32,000 nt of DNA from Candidatus Saganbacteria bacterium (GCA_026387835.1 JAPLKZ010000005.1:60001-92000); one strand, 5' to 3'. Positions 18,486 through 27,670 are shown, counted from the first letter of the stretch. Program-made: numbers and translations. Notes: generated by a model not told the origin, from the sequence alone.

Positions 18486-19859
18486 GAATTGAATATCAGA
18501 AGGCCCTTTGACGAATAAGTCGAAGGGCTTTTTGTATTCAGGTCGCAAAATATCTCCATCCAAATAGCAGTTCGATAATATTATGTTCATCAATTTCCGC
18601 TTTTCCTCTGCCGGCTGTGTCTTAAAGAGAGAATAAGCCTTTCTTGAAAGTTCGAGAATCCTTACCCCATCCTCGTAATAGTTGATATTAGAGCCCTTAT
18701 GGGCGTTGATCTTGATGTTTATGTTCTCAAGCTCATCTTTCCATTCCTCTGACTTGGATTGCCACTCAGCCTGCGTAATACCGCCGTCAAGCTTATCGGT
18801 ATACATTTGATCCAATCGGTTCTTAAGCTTCGTGTATTGCTGATTTAAAGCTGTTATAGCCTTATCGTTGTAGTCTCTCTCAGATTCATGGCTCTTATGA
18901 AGTGCCTCCTTTATCATCTCAAGATTGTGATCATCTATCTGAATATTCTTTAATAGCTCGGCAAGTCTTTCATCAAGGATCTCTTCACGGATATAATTCT
19001 TTTTACAATCACCGCCTTTATGTCCGGTGCAATGATAGTAGATGTATTTTCCTTTCTTCATCTCTGCTGTCACTGAGCAACCGCATTGAGAGCATGTCAA
19101 CAACCCCGTAAATGCAAAGTTCCTATGATTGCCTTTGTATTTATTCTTCTTTGCAAACATATCTTGTACAGTTTCGAATATGCCTTTATCGATAATAGGC
19201 TTGTGAATGCCTTTGTAAGTATGCTCCCTATGCACAAGTCCTTCCTTGGTCATGGCATCCCTTAATGACAATAGGGAATAATTACCGGTAGCATATAGTT
19301 CGAATGCTTTCTTCACTAACGGTGCAAGGATATTATCTTGCTCTATAAGGTGAGTTACTTTGTTGTTCCTATATCCAATCGGTGCTACGCCGGGGAATTC
19401 TCCTAACTCGGCTTTTGCTTTTAATCCCTTCTTAACTTCTTCCCCGAGATTGTTTACATAGTTTCTTGAAAGGACTGCCAGAAGATCAAGTTGTAATTTA
19501 TCTGATGACTTGGAGTTTTTATCCATGATCAAACCCTGCTTAAAGAAGTGAATCTCTTTGTCATGATTCTCCATTAGATCATAGGCCTCCAATAGATCGC
19601 TAAAGTTTCTTGTCATTCGATCAACCTTTTCGAAGACAATGACCTTAATATCCGGATGTGCTTTAGAGTATTCGATAATCTCCTTGAATGCTTTCCTGCC
19701 TTTAACCTTGGCTGATTCAGATACAGACCACTTCTTTACGATGGTCAGGCCTTTTCTTTCAGCGTATTTCTCGCCTTCTTTTTCCTGGGATTGCAGCGAA
19801 TAGCCTTCATCGGCTTGATCCTGAGAGGAAACCCGGACATATAGTAAGGCTTTATTCAT
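18447..19859 (-). CDS. serine recombinase (resolvase N-terminal + recombinase + zinc ribbon + coiled coil)
   Basis: MNKALLYVRVSSQDQADEGYSLQSQ, FEKVDRMTRN, zinc ribbon TGLLTCSQCGCSVTAEM..YYHCTGHKGGDC. ATG at 19859 chosen over the longer ORF because it forms an ATGA overlap with Res. Confidence 0.95.
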   Translation of the reverse strand: MNKALLYVRVSSQDQADEGYSLQSQEKEGEKYAERKGLTIVKKWSVSESAKVKGRKAFKEIIEYSKAHPDIKVIVFEKVDRMTRNFSDLLEAYDLMENHDKEIHFFKQGLIMDKNSKSSDKLQLDLLAVLSRNYVNNLGEEVKKGLKAKAELGEFPGVAPIGYRNNKVTHLIEQDNILAPLVKKAFELYATGNYSLLSLRDAMTKEGLVHREHTYKGIHKPIIDKGIFETVQDMFAKKNKYKGNHRNFAFTGLLTCSQCGCSVTAEMKKGKYIYYHCTGHKGGDCKKNYIREEILDERLAELLKNIQIDDHNLEMIKEALHKSHESERDYNDKAITALNQQYTKLKNRLDQMYTDKLDGGITQAEWQSKSEEWKDELENINIKINAHKGSNINYYEDGVRILELSRKAYSLFKTQPAEEKRKLMNIILSNCYLDGDILRPEYKKPFDLFVKGPSDIQFLPRLDSNQQQPD

Positions 19860-22174
19860 AAGACAAGCTCTTTCCAATCGCTCCAATCATTATGCAAACA
19901 TTTTTCCCAGTCGAATGTAGTTTGTTGATTGATTAGCCATGAACCATTGACCTGAATGGCAATCCCACCGAATAGATCCTTTTTGTGATGTTCTTTGATA
20001 TAGCGTTGCAAAGCCTCATTTTTTGCTTTTGTAAATGTGCTTCCATCCTGGTCGCCTTTGTCTTTTGTTTCAAAGATTCCAATACGCCCATCATTGAATT
20101 GGACTAAATAATCCGGATAAAAGGTATGCAAAATACCTTTGGGGTATTCATATTTAATGCCGAAGTAATCTTTTTTATTTTCCCCGTTCTTCCACCACCA
20201 AACAATACTCTTGCTGTTATCCTCCAAATAACTCTCAAACTCCTCTTCAGGATTTGACCTGTCGATATTAAGGTAACAGGGATCAAGAATATATTTCTTT
20301 GCCTTTACTGTTTCGTCTGTATGTTGATTGTAGAATACCTCTTTTGCAATCTCAAAATCATAGAACTGCTCGCTTTCCTCGGACCGCTTTAATATTTCTT
20401 TCTCACGGACAGCTCTATACTCTTCTATGGCTTTCGAGAGGATGCCCTCGAAGATGATCCTATTTCCATTATGAACAAATATCTTCTGTACCATTAAGGA
20501 TTCTTCTTCCCATTCTCTAGAGCCAAGATACTTCTTAAACCAGACATAAATTGTTGTTTTGATCTTTGGAACTGACCTCTTAACATTCCTGAAAGATCCC
20601 AGGTTGTTCTTTATGATTTGTTCAAATAATGACTGCAAGTCATTTCCGGCAATTTGCAGCCTGGCTTTTAGTTCAGAATCAATAGTACCAATAACCTCGT
20701 CAAATGACTTGCCATCAATCTTTGCATCCTGTATTATTTCTTGCTCATATTTCTTAAGATCAATGACAACACCTTTCTTTTCAAGCAATCTTTTGTTCTC
20801 ATCGAAAAACTCTTGTTTTGTTATGCCGAATACAGAGCAAGCAATCTTATCGAATATAGGGTCGAAGCTTGCCGTAATGTCGCCATAGTCAACTCTTGAG
20901 CGATAATAGGATAGAAGTTTAATGTCCTTATAGCAGTCTTTACGAACGCCCTTCAAATGCTTGATAATATTTGGGTTATATTCTTCTCTCTTAACATGTA
21001 TGCTCTGAACATTTGTATAAATATATCCTATATTCAGTGCCTCATTTGAGTAATGCTTTAGTTCCGGCATTCTTAATATACGCCCAACGGTCTGGATTTC
21101 AAATGTTTCACTATGAGATTCCCTGAATTTAACAAGAATATGAGCTCTTGGACAATCCCAGCCGGTATCAATTGCTTGCTTAAAGATAAGATATTCAATC
21201 TCGTTGTCAGATTCAGATACCCAATCTAGGGTTTCTGACTTCTGTTCGGCAAGCCATATTGCAAGTTTTCTGTTCTTCTCAGTTACACCTTTGTCAGAAA
21301 GGAATCTTTTAACGGCTTCGATCTTGTCTTTCCCTGCTTCGGCGGTTGGAATTTGGATAAGAACTAGGGGGTTGATATTAGATCCTTCAGAATGAAACAG
21401 TTTCTTAAGCTCTAGCCGTTTCTGAAATGCCGCCTCAAGAACAACTTCCTGTGAATCATCTTCATCTTTAGCAATTTTGTCTATGCTTTGATTAATGATA
21501 AGCTCCTTCTTGATCACCCCAACATCAATAACATCTTTTGGCTCAACAAAAACAAAGCCTGCTGTATGCCTTGCCAGGTCTTTTGGGTCAGGTTGGATCC
21601 TTGGGGTAGCACTCATCTCGAGAATGACATCGGCATTTATCTCGTCTCTAAGTTCGTTTGTTCGCTCTGCCGTTGCCCCAATATGACTCTCATCAATAAT
21701 GAGAATTATCTTTCTCTGTTCTCTAGTCTTAGATAGAACTTCACGGAAGTTAATCTTCTCTCCATCTTTCATTAATACATTCTTCCAATCACCGGTGGAG
21801 CTATCTTTTGATCGTAGTTTTTCCCAGTTAACAACTACGACCTCGTTCTTAACTATGCGTTCACGCCCCCCATTAAATTCTTCTTCAACAAGTGAAACCC
21901 TGGGAGATCCGTCAAATATTCTTTCAAGGCTGTGCTTGCTCTGTAGATGTAGCTCGCCCTTGCCGACAGTAACCCAAACAAAACACATGTCCTCATCAGG
22001 AAGTTCCCTTATAAGTTCTTCAATGAATTTAGCGGTCATTATGGTTTTGCCGCTTCCCGTAGGAGCTTGAAATACACAAACCTTTTTCATCCCTTCTTTA
22101 TTTAACAAGCCTTTGACTGTACTTATTAGCTCATTCACGGCAACCCTTTGATATTCTTTTAGTTCAATATTCAT
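19856..22174 (-). CDS. type III restriction endonuclease subunit R (DEAD/DEAH helicase-nuclease)
   Basis: Walker A QAPTGSGKTIMTAKF, IILIIDESH, MSATPR, LIFKQAIDTGWDCPRA, QTVGRILR; C-terminal nuclease-like YPDYLVQFNDGRIGIFETKDKGD. Adjacent to mod. Confidence 0.92.
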   Translation of the reverse strand: MNIELKEYQRVAVNELISTVKGLLNKEGMKKVCVFQAPTGSGKTIMTAKFIEELIRELPDEDMCFVWVTVGKGELHLQSKHSLERIFDGSPRVSLVEEEFNGGRERIVKNEVVVVNWEKLRSKDSSTGDWKNVLMKDGEKINFREVLSKTREQRKIILIIDESHIGATAERTNELRDEINADVILEMSATPRIQPDPKDLARHTAGFVFVEPKDVIDVGVIKKELIINQSIDKIAKDEDDSQEVVLEAAFQKRLELKKLFHSEGSNINPLVLIQIPTAEAGKDKIEAVKRFLSDKGVTEKNRKLAIWLAEQKSETLDWVSESDNEIEYLIFKQAIDTGWDCPRAHILVKFRESHSETFEIQTVGRILRMPELKHYSNEALNIGYIYTNVQSIHVKREEYNPNIIKHLKGVRKDCYKDIKLLSYYRSRVDYGDITASFDPIFDKIACSVFGITKQEFFDENKRLLEKKGVVIDLKKYEQEIIQDAKIDGKSFDEVIGTIDSELKARLQIAGNDLQSLFEQIIKNNLGSFRNVKRSVPKIKTTIYVWFKKYLGSREWEEESLMVQKIFVHNGNRIIFEGILSKAIEEYRAVREKEILKRSEESEQFYDFEIAKEVFYNQHTDETVKAKKYILDPCYLNIDRSNPEEEFESYLEDNSKSIVWWWKNGENKKDYFGIKYEYPKGILHTFYPDYLVQFNDGRIGIFETKDKGDQDGSTFTKAKNEALQRYIKEHHKKDLFGGIAIQVNGSWLINQQTTFDWEKCLHNDWSDWKELVL

Positions 22175-23975
22175 AAATGTCCTCATATACATCTAATATC
22201 TTCTGCGGAATTGGTTCTAATGATACATCTTTCCAGTCCTGGAAGTCCTGTTTGTCCAGTCCAAGAGGATCAAGAGTAAAGCAATATAATGTTTTTTTGC
22301 CTCCTATCTTGTCAAGATCCCTCTTAAGCGATTTCAATTCGCCACGCTCAAGAGAGTAATAAACTCCCATTGCATGATTGTTGTATTGATAAATACGATA
22401 GTCTCGCGTCTTTTTAATTTCATCAAATATTCCTTCACGCAAACATAGCATTTCCGTGCATTCTTGTGTGATACGACTTCTAAGGCTATCCTTACTAATT
22501 GATCGTTTAACAAAAGCTGTTTTGAAATATTTTAGATTTCCATTGGTGCCTTTTACTGCTTTACCGTTTAAGTCATTGTATCCTTTGATAATCTTACTTA
22601 TTCTGGGGTAGCATGCTTTCTGACAAATACCTTCTTTTTCATAAGCAATATCCCCTGGCTTCAGTCCTCTGCTCCTAAGCTCTTTATCTGTTTCTTCATT
22701 AACCTCATTATTTGTACACATAATGAAGCTGATTAAATTGTCATCGTCACGGTTTAATTCTAATACTGCTTGTGCTGTCGTCCCTGATCCTGCAAAAAAA
22801 TCCAAGATAACACTGCCTTTTTCTACAGTTGATTCAATCAGAAGCTTAAGCACATCTACATCTTTTGGATTGTCAAAATAGTCGCCACCTAATATATTCT
22901 TTAGTAATTTTCTGGCAGCTCTACGATCTTTGTAAATCACACTTGGTATTACCACGCCACCGGTTTCATGTAAATATCGTTTTACTTTTGGCACTGACAT
23001 TTCGTTTTCGCCCCAATGAATTCTACCCTCATTTATCCATTGATTTAATGTGTCTTTTGTAGGCCACCCTCGAACAGGAGCCTTGCAAGGTTTTTTTGTT
23101 ATAGGATGAATAACTTCGTACAACGGTCTGGAACGGCCACTCTCTGCCGAAATATCTCCGGCAAAGTAAATGCCTTTATTGTCAACATAGTTATAATGTT
23201 TATGCTGCCAACTTGGATGCTTCCTGTCTAGCCCTGCATACCATTCTTTGATCTTCTCGGAAACTATCACATAGTTATTTTTGTTTTTCTTTAACAAGTA
23301 TTTTACGGCTTTATTTATTTCATCAATACCCTTTTTCTTTACACGCCAGATAACTTTGCGATCTTTTAGATTGGTTTTTGACTTTGCATAACACAAAATA
23401 TAATCGTGCGACAAAGAAACAAATTTTGAATCATTCTTTAAGCCGCCCTCCCAAACCATCATTGCAATAAAGTTTTCAGTTCCATAGATTTCATCGCATA
23501 ACAACTTTAATTGAGCCACCTCATTATCATCAATTGATATTAAGATTAAGCCAGAATCTTTTAATAATTGTTTAGCCAAATAGAGACGTTTCTTAATAAA
23601 TGATAACCATTTACTATGCTTATATGAATCTTCGGAATCAATATACTTATCATTATATTTGAAGTCCTTATCACCCCTGTTATAAGGAGGATCAATATAT
23701 ATTAAGTCAACCTTGCTTTTATGGGTATAATTCAAAACGGAAAGAGCATGATAATTATCACCTTCTATTAGGATGTTAATAGGTTTAGAAGAATCAGTCT
23801 TAATGTCTCTGTTTTTAACTTCCTTTAGTACGGGAAGGGCATTATCTGATTCTTTTTCAAACTGCTCTTTTGTTCGTTCCTCATCCCATATAAGACCATA
23901 TTTCTTGCGAGACTCAAGCTTCTCAACAACCTTAAGTAGTTCTTCTTTTGACAGATTTGAATAATTGTTCGCCAT
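22164..23975 (-). CDS. type III DNA methyltransferase (Mod), N6-adenine beta class
   Basis: DLIYIDPPYNRGDKDFKYND before ILDFFAGSGTTAQAVLELN; order fits beta-class MTases; next to Res. Confidence 0.93.
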   Translation of the reverse strand: MANNYSNLSKEELLKVVEKLESRKKYGLIWDEERTKEQFEKESDNALPVLKEVKNRDIKTDSSKPINILIEGDNYHALSVLNYTHKSKVDLIYIDPPYNRGDKDFKYNDKYIDSEDSYKHSKWLSFIKKRLYLAKQLLKDSGLILISIDDNEVAQLKLLCDEIYGTENFIAMMVWEGGLKNDSKFVSLSHDYILCYAKSKTNLKDRKVIWRVKKKGIDEINKAVKYLLKKNKNNYVIVSEKIKEWYAGLDRKHPSWQHKHYNYVDNKGIYFAGDISAESGRSRPLYEVIHPITKKPCKAPVRGWPTKDTLNQWINEGRIHWGENEMSVPKVKRYLHETGGVVIPSVIYKDRRAARKLLKNILGGDYFDNPKDVDVLKLLIESTVEKGSVILDFFAGSGTTAQAVLELNRDDDNLISFIMCTNNEVNEETDKELRSRGLKPGDIAYEKEGICQKACYPRISKIIKGYNDLNGKAVKGTNGNLKYFKTAFVKRSISKDSLRSRITQECTEMLCLREGIFDEIKKTRDYRIYQYNNHAMGVYYSLERGELKSLKRDLDKIGGKKTLYCFTLDPLGLDKQDFQDWKDVSLEPIPQKILDVYEDIYEY

Positions 23976-23976
23976 A

Positions 23977-24219
23977 TTACTTTTGCTTCCGTGTCTTCAA
24001 CAAATTCTCTATATGATATTTTTGTATCTTATTCGGTTTAACTCGATTGTTGAACCACCGATTTACTGTAGAAAAGGCAACCCCCAAGATCCCGGCAAGC
24101 TCTACCTGTGTGATCTTATTCTTCAAGCGATACTCTTCCAGTTCTTTAATCAAGTCCATTTCAGCATCCTTTATAGCATAGTATAGCACTGCATATTTAA
24201 CATGTATATACTTCTTCAT
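23977..24219 (-). CDS. small XRE-like helix-turn-helix protein (possible RM regulator)
   Basis: NKITQVELAGILGVAFSTVNRWFNNRVKPNK HTH; ends 1 nt before mod ORF begins. Confidence 0.75.
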   Translation of the reverse strand: MKKYIHVKYAVLYYAIKDAEMDLIKELEEYRLKNKITQVELAGILGVAFSTVNRWFNNRVKPNKIQKYHIENLLKTRKQK

Positions 24220-24232
24220 CCGTCAGTCAAAA

Positions 24233-24442
24233 TCAATTCTGTGCATTCTTATCAAGACTCAAGTTGAACTTTCTTAACACTCCCGGGTTGCCTCTGCCAC
24301 CGATGCCTTTTCTGTTAGGGTTCTTGCCAAAACGATATGGGAATAAGGGACAATCTATACTCGTGCATAGCTTAACCTCCAGCCGGCTACCTCCTACGCA
24401 ATTAAGGCAATGCTGTCTTATGGACTGTACTGGGGATCTCAT
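24233..24442 (-). CDS. small zinc-binding-like protein common in phage/plasmid contexts
   Basis: HCLNCVGGSRLEVKLCTSIDCPLFPYRFGKNP (CxxC ... CxxxxCPLxPYRxG); RBS aaaggagg upstream. Confidence 0.7.
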   Translation of the reverse strand: MRSPVQSIRQHCLNCVGGSRLEVKLCTSIDCPLFPYRFGKNPNRKGIGGRGNPGVLRKFNLSLDKNAQN

Positions 24443-24626
24443 TATTAATTTCCTCCTTTCAAATTAGATGGCAGCTGTGCTTTCTCCATATCACCGCCTT
24501 CCTTTCTACAGAACACCCTGGGTATTCTGCTTTGAGTTCTTTCTTTTCTCCATATCTCAAGCATGGGAGCAGTCAAAATAGTTCTTTCCTTTTTACAGAC
24601 ATCTATAGATATAGCCATACCTATGG

Positions 24627-24959
24627 TCATTTATTTTGCCTCCCATAATAGAAGCTGCTATGCGGACCAATCAGTCTATATGTAGTGCGGCCTCCGAATA
24701 ATCCACCCTGTTTAATCTTCTCAATAAATCCATTATCTATAAGCTCTTTAAGTGCCTTGCTCATGGTTTTTGAACTAATCATGTCTTCCATACTGATATA
24801 TGATAGTTTCAGCACAAAAGGTTCTTTTGTGTTAAATGATTTTTTTAGGTATATGTAAATAATCTTTGTGGATTCCGATAATCTTCGAAAATTAGCATCA
24901 TCCAATAAATCATTTGGGAGCATTACGAAGGGAGGTGCTTTAGACTTTCCTTTTCCCAT
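24627..24959 (-). CDS. winged-helix-like protein (replication/regulatory type)
   Basis: PFVMLPNDLLDDANFRRLSESTKIIYIYL..MISSKTMSKALKELIDNGFIEKIKQGG..TTYRL. Confidence 0.6.
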   Translation of the reverse strand: MGKGKSKAPPFVMLPNDLLDDANFRRLSESTKIIYIYLKKSFNTKEPFVLKLSYISMEDMISSKTMSKALKELIDNGFIEKIKQGGLFGGRTTYRLIGPHSSFYYGRQNK

Positions 24960-25222
24960 AGCTTCACTTCCTTTTCATATTTTTCAATAATTGCATTTTC
25001 AATTAAGGTCTTTGTGTGTTCGTCCATAGGGGTATAAGAGAAGAATAATTCTCCTTGAGGTGTTCTTATCTTTGGGAAAGTTACCCAGCTGAGATGCCCG
25101 TCTGAATGAATAGCTATTGAAGACAGCTTGAGATTGAGTTCCCCGGTAAGGACGCATGATGCAAATGCTCTAAGCGTTTTCTCCGGCTTAATTCTTTTCA
25201 GTTCGATCGATTCTATCCTCAT
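24923..25222 (-). CDS. SpoVG-like protein
   Basis: MRIESIELKRIKPEKTLRAFASCVLTGELNLKLSSIAIHSDGHLSWVTFPKIRTPQGELFFSYTPM follows the SpoVG pattern. Confidence 0.6.
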   Translation of the reverse strand: MRIESIELKRIKPEKTLRAFASCVLTGELNLKLSSIAIHSDGHLSWVTFPKIRTPQGELFFSYTPMDEHTKTLIENAIIEKYEKEVKLWEKESLKHLPS

Positions 25223-25451
25223 TTATTTTCACTTCCAGCGACACGTTATTAGTTTCATCCCACTTGTATAACAGATCAAAGAAGGCGGCAAGGTTATTCG
25301 CCACTTCTTTGTTTTGATCACAAGTCTTAGTAGAGCTTGCATATACACAACTATTACTCACGGAAATGATTATATTGAAGAAGTGAATAGTCGAAAAGAT
25401 GCTTAAACACAGCAAACTAGCCATGTTTAAGTACGGGTAGGAATAGATCAA
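25188..25451 (-). CDS. hypothetical small protein, start uncertain
   Basis: Open frame in the same leftward gene series; possible internal GTG start giving VSNSCVYASSTKTCDQNKEVANNLAAFFDLLYKWDE. Confidence 0.35.
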   Translation of the reverse strand: MIYSYPYLNMASLLCLSIFSTIHFFNIIISVSNSCVYASSTKTCDQNKEVANNLAAFFDLLYKWDETNNVSLEVKINEDRIDRTEKN

Positions 25452-25468
25452 ATGCAGCGAATAATGCT

Positions 25469-26338
25469 TTATTTGCGGCTTTTTAACATTGCTCTTAATG
25501 ATCTAATAGCTGAGCGGCTTTGGGTTTGGATTCTTTGCTTGTTCTTCTGTTTGCCCGACAATATATCAACAACGATAGACGCATTCTTTTCTCCGAATAT
25601 TTCAACAAGATCCTTCATTGATTTCTTTGCACCAAACATTTTTGTGATAACACCTTGAGGATCTATATACCCAAACATAGTTAGTCGACCATACATTTGC
25701 ATGGCCTGTTTTTTACCATAGCGTTTTACAAAGTCTTCCAATGCAACTGTCCCATGATAGTATTTCTTGAGATGTATTCGTTTTCTGCAATCCTTGGAGC
25801 ACCACAGCTTGTTTGGCTTGGTCACAACAAACACATCAGAGCAAGTCTTACATTGGCTTAAGAAGACACACATGCACACAAGTGAATATAAGTATTCAAA
25901 TAGAAAAGCATATATGAAATGAGACAATTTATAATCGATATCATATTCTCGCAACATATCAAATGCTGGCTGAAAGGATGTGACATAGTTTTTATCTATA
26001 CTTTTTGACGAAAAGATGGCAAGGATTGAATTTAAGCCTCTCAAAAAATCTTTAAAGGATTTGCTCGATCTTAATAAAAGAGCAAATAGCTCGTTGCATT
26101 CTTTCTTATCCTTAATGGAATCGTATAATTCATGCTGGAACAATGGATATCCCCATAAATGTTTTTCTACTACATCCATTAATTTATTGCTTGAATTGTT
26201 CTTGAGTTTGCATAATTTGTACAGATTCTTGAAGGATGGAGTTTCTTTTCTTTTTAATAACTCAAATATGTTGTGTAGGAAATTTCTTTTTTCTTCATGA
26301 ACTATCAGCATAAATCTCCTATTAGTTCGGGAGGTCAT
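25469..26338 (-). CDS. uncharacterised protein with a CxxC-x12-CxxxC zinc-finger-like motif
   Basis: Long AT-rich ORF with QCKTCSDVFVVTKPNKLWCSKDCRKRIHLKKYYHG, resembling Zn fingers of the CGNR type. Confidence 0.75.
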   Translation of the reverse strand: MTSRTNRRFMLIVHEEKRNFLHNIFELLKRKETPSFKNLYKLCKLKNNSSNKLMDVVEKHLWGYPLFQHELYDSIKDKKECNELFALLLRSSKSFKDFLRGLNSILAIFSSKSIDKNYVTSFQPAFDMLREYDIDYKLSHFIYAFLFEYLYSLVCMCVFLSQCKTCSDVFVVTKPNKLWCSKDCRKRIHLKKYYHGTVALEDFVKRYGKKQAMQMYGRLTMFGYIDPQGVITKMFGAKKSMKDLVEIFGEKNASIVVDILSGKQKNKQRIQTQSRSAIRSLRAMLKSRK

Positions 26339-26812
26339 ACTATTAACCGTCTGTTATATTTTACTATTCTAATGCATTGTATAGCAAGGCTTATATATAA
26401 TCCCTTCCAGTCGTGTGCATTTTTCTTGGGGGGTACCCCTCTATCTATACATACTTATTCTTATGATTAGCGGAGCAGGTATTACTACAAATTCTATATG
26501 AATTTGCTTATATCGTAATTCTTCAGACATTATATTTTCGTAATTATTTTCAATTGATACGCTGGCATCAATAACATCATCACACAATAATCAGTGTGTA
26601 AATAGAATAAGCATAAATAAACATATTTACATAACACTTACGCTCTTATATAAAATTTCTTTGCTATTACTAAGTATTATGCAATAAATATATTAACAGT
26701 TTATAATTCATTGCTTATAGCATGAAGATATAAACGAGCAACTAACATCGTTTATTCTATGGATCATATGCTTACTAATATGCTTTTATATATTTCCTTA
26801 AATTAGAAGATT

Positions 26813-26838
26813 AAAAAAGGGACGTTCTACTCTTTTTT
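26813..26838. terminator. A/T-flanked hairpin (terminator-like)
   Basis: aaaaaaggg ... ctctttttt inverted repeat with one mismatch. Confidence 0.4.
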
Positions 26839-26880
26839 GTGTTCTAATATCTATCGTTAATCTATTAATATTATTAGCAC

Positions 26881-27101
26881 ATACACCCGTATTACTTTAG
26901 AGGTGTATTAATGATTGAAGATCATTACGTTAAGGTTGTAGGAACAGTTGGTCTTATCTAATTCCTGTACGGTTAACGTTCTAACCGGACATATGTGTGC
27001 TACTTGCAAACACATCCCCGGCACAGTTCTCCCAGTTGCTGGGCCGCATATTCATTCAGCTGGCACATATATGCGTGAGGCTCGATAAATTCTATTTTTT
27101 T
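26881..27101 (+). ncRNA. candidate structured RNA / control region, unassigned
   Basis: Successive hairpins at 26881-26908, 26909-26927, 26966-26991, 26993-27015, 27031-27043, 27046-27074 ending near ttttttt (27095-27101); no convincing ORF. Confidence 0.4.
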
Positions 27102-27447
27102 CGTAGTGGCATACCCCCTTCATGCATTTTTGATCTGAAGTGTTTGATGTTATTTGGCTGAACTAAGAGTAAAACAAGGCATTTCTTGTGTCGGCTTTTT
27201 GTTCAAAAGCAAACATGCTAGGGGACTAAATAGATGCTTCCGGATACTTCTACTAGTACTTGAGTCACTTCGTGGATTTGTTGTTGTAGTACTTGAGTTC
27301 TTCATAGACCTTTTCACTCGACATATCTTGAGCGTTTTGCCCGCATTTGGCAGCATTTATGGGGCAAAGACTCGTATCTTACGTGTGTTTAGTCGTATTA
27401 ACTCCGTGTTTAGTCCTTATTTTGGCATCAGAAAGGAGGTGGTTTAT

Positions 27448-27636
27448 ATGAATGAGCGAGAGTTCGCTGCTGTGTCCCGGGTAACGGGAGAAGTCCTTAT
27501 GACCCATGAAGGGACATATTCTGAAGCTTTGGATGCATTCGACCGTTTGTACGGTACTGAAGTCGACTATGTAGTCGAACAGTTGCCATGCCGGTCAGAT
27601 TCTCCCCACCCGGCTTATCAAGATAGCCGGTTCTAA
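27448..27636 (+). CDS. hypothetical small protein
   Basis: RBS aaaggaggt before ATG 27448: MNEREFAAVSRVTGEVLMTHEGTYSEALDAFDRLYGTEVDYVV...; preferred to the 27154 TTG start. Confidence 0.6.
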   Translation: MNEREFAAVSRVTGEVLMTHEGTYSEALDAFDRLYGTEVDYVVEQLPCRSDSPHPAYQDSRF

Positions 27637-27670
27637 CTGTCCCATTCCATCATGAAAGGAGGCGATATGC

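Noticed and set aside
18149-18559. 136-aa reverse ORF with RTSNNLINSQVLYRLSYRG
   Set aside because: Antisense translation of tRNA-Asn and the palindromic insert; a well-known type of spurious peptide.
24379-24386. ccagccgg match to the tRNA T-arm/acceptor region, considered as a second att site
   Set aside because: Only 8 nt and lies inside the codons of the small zinc-binding protein; likely chance.
24445-24630. 61-aa reverse ORF between winged-helix and zinc-ribbon genes
   Set aside because: Low-quality composition and overlaps the RBS of the next gene; no support.
26911-26961. Short ORF MIEDHYVKVVGTVGLI in the hairpin region
   Set aside because: Only 16 codons and fully overlaps the second hairpin; could be a leader peptide but no independent support.
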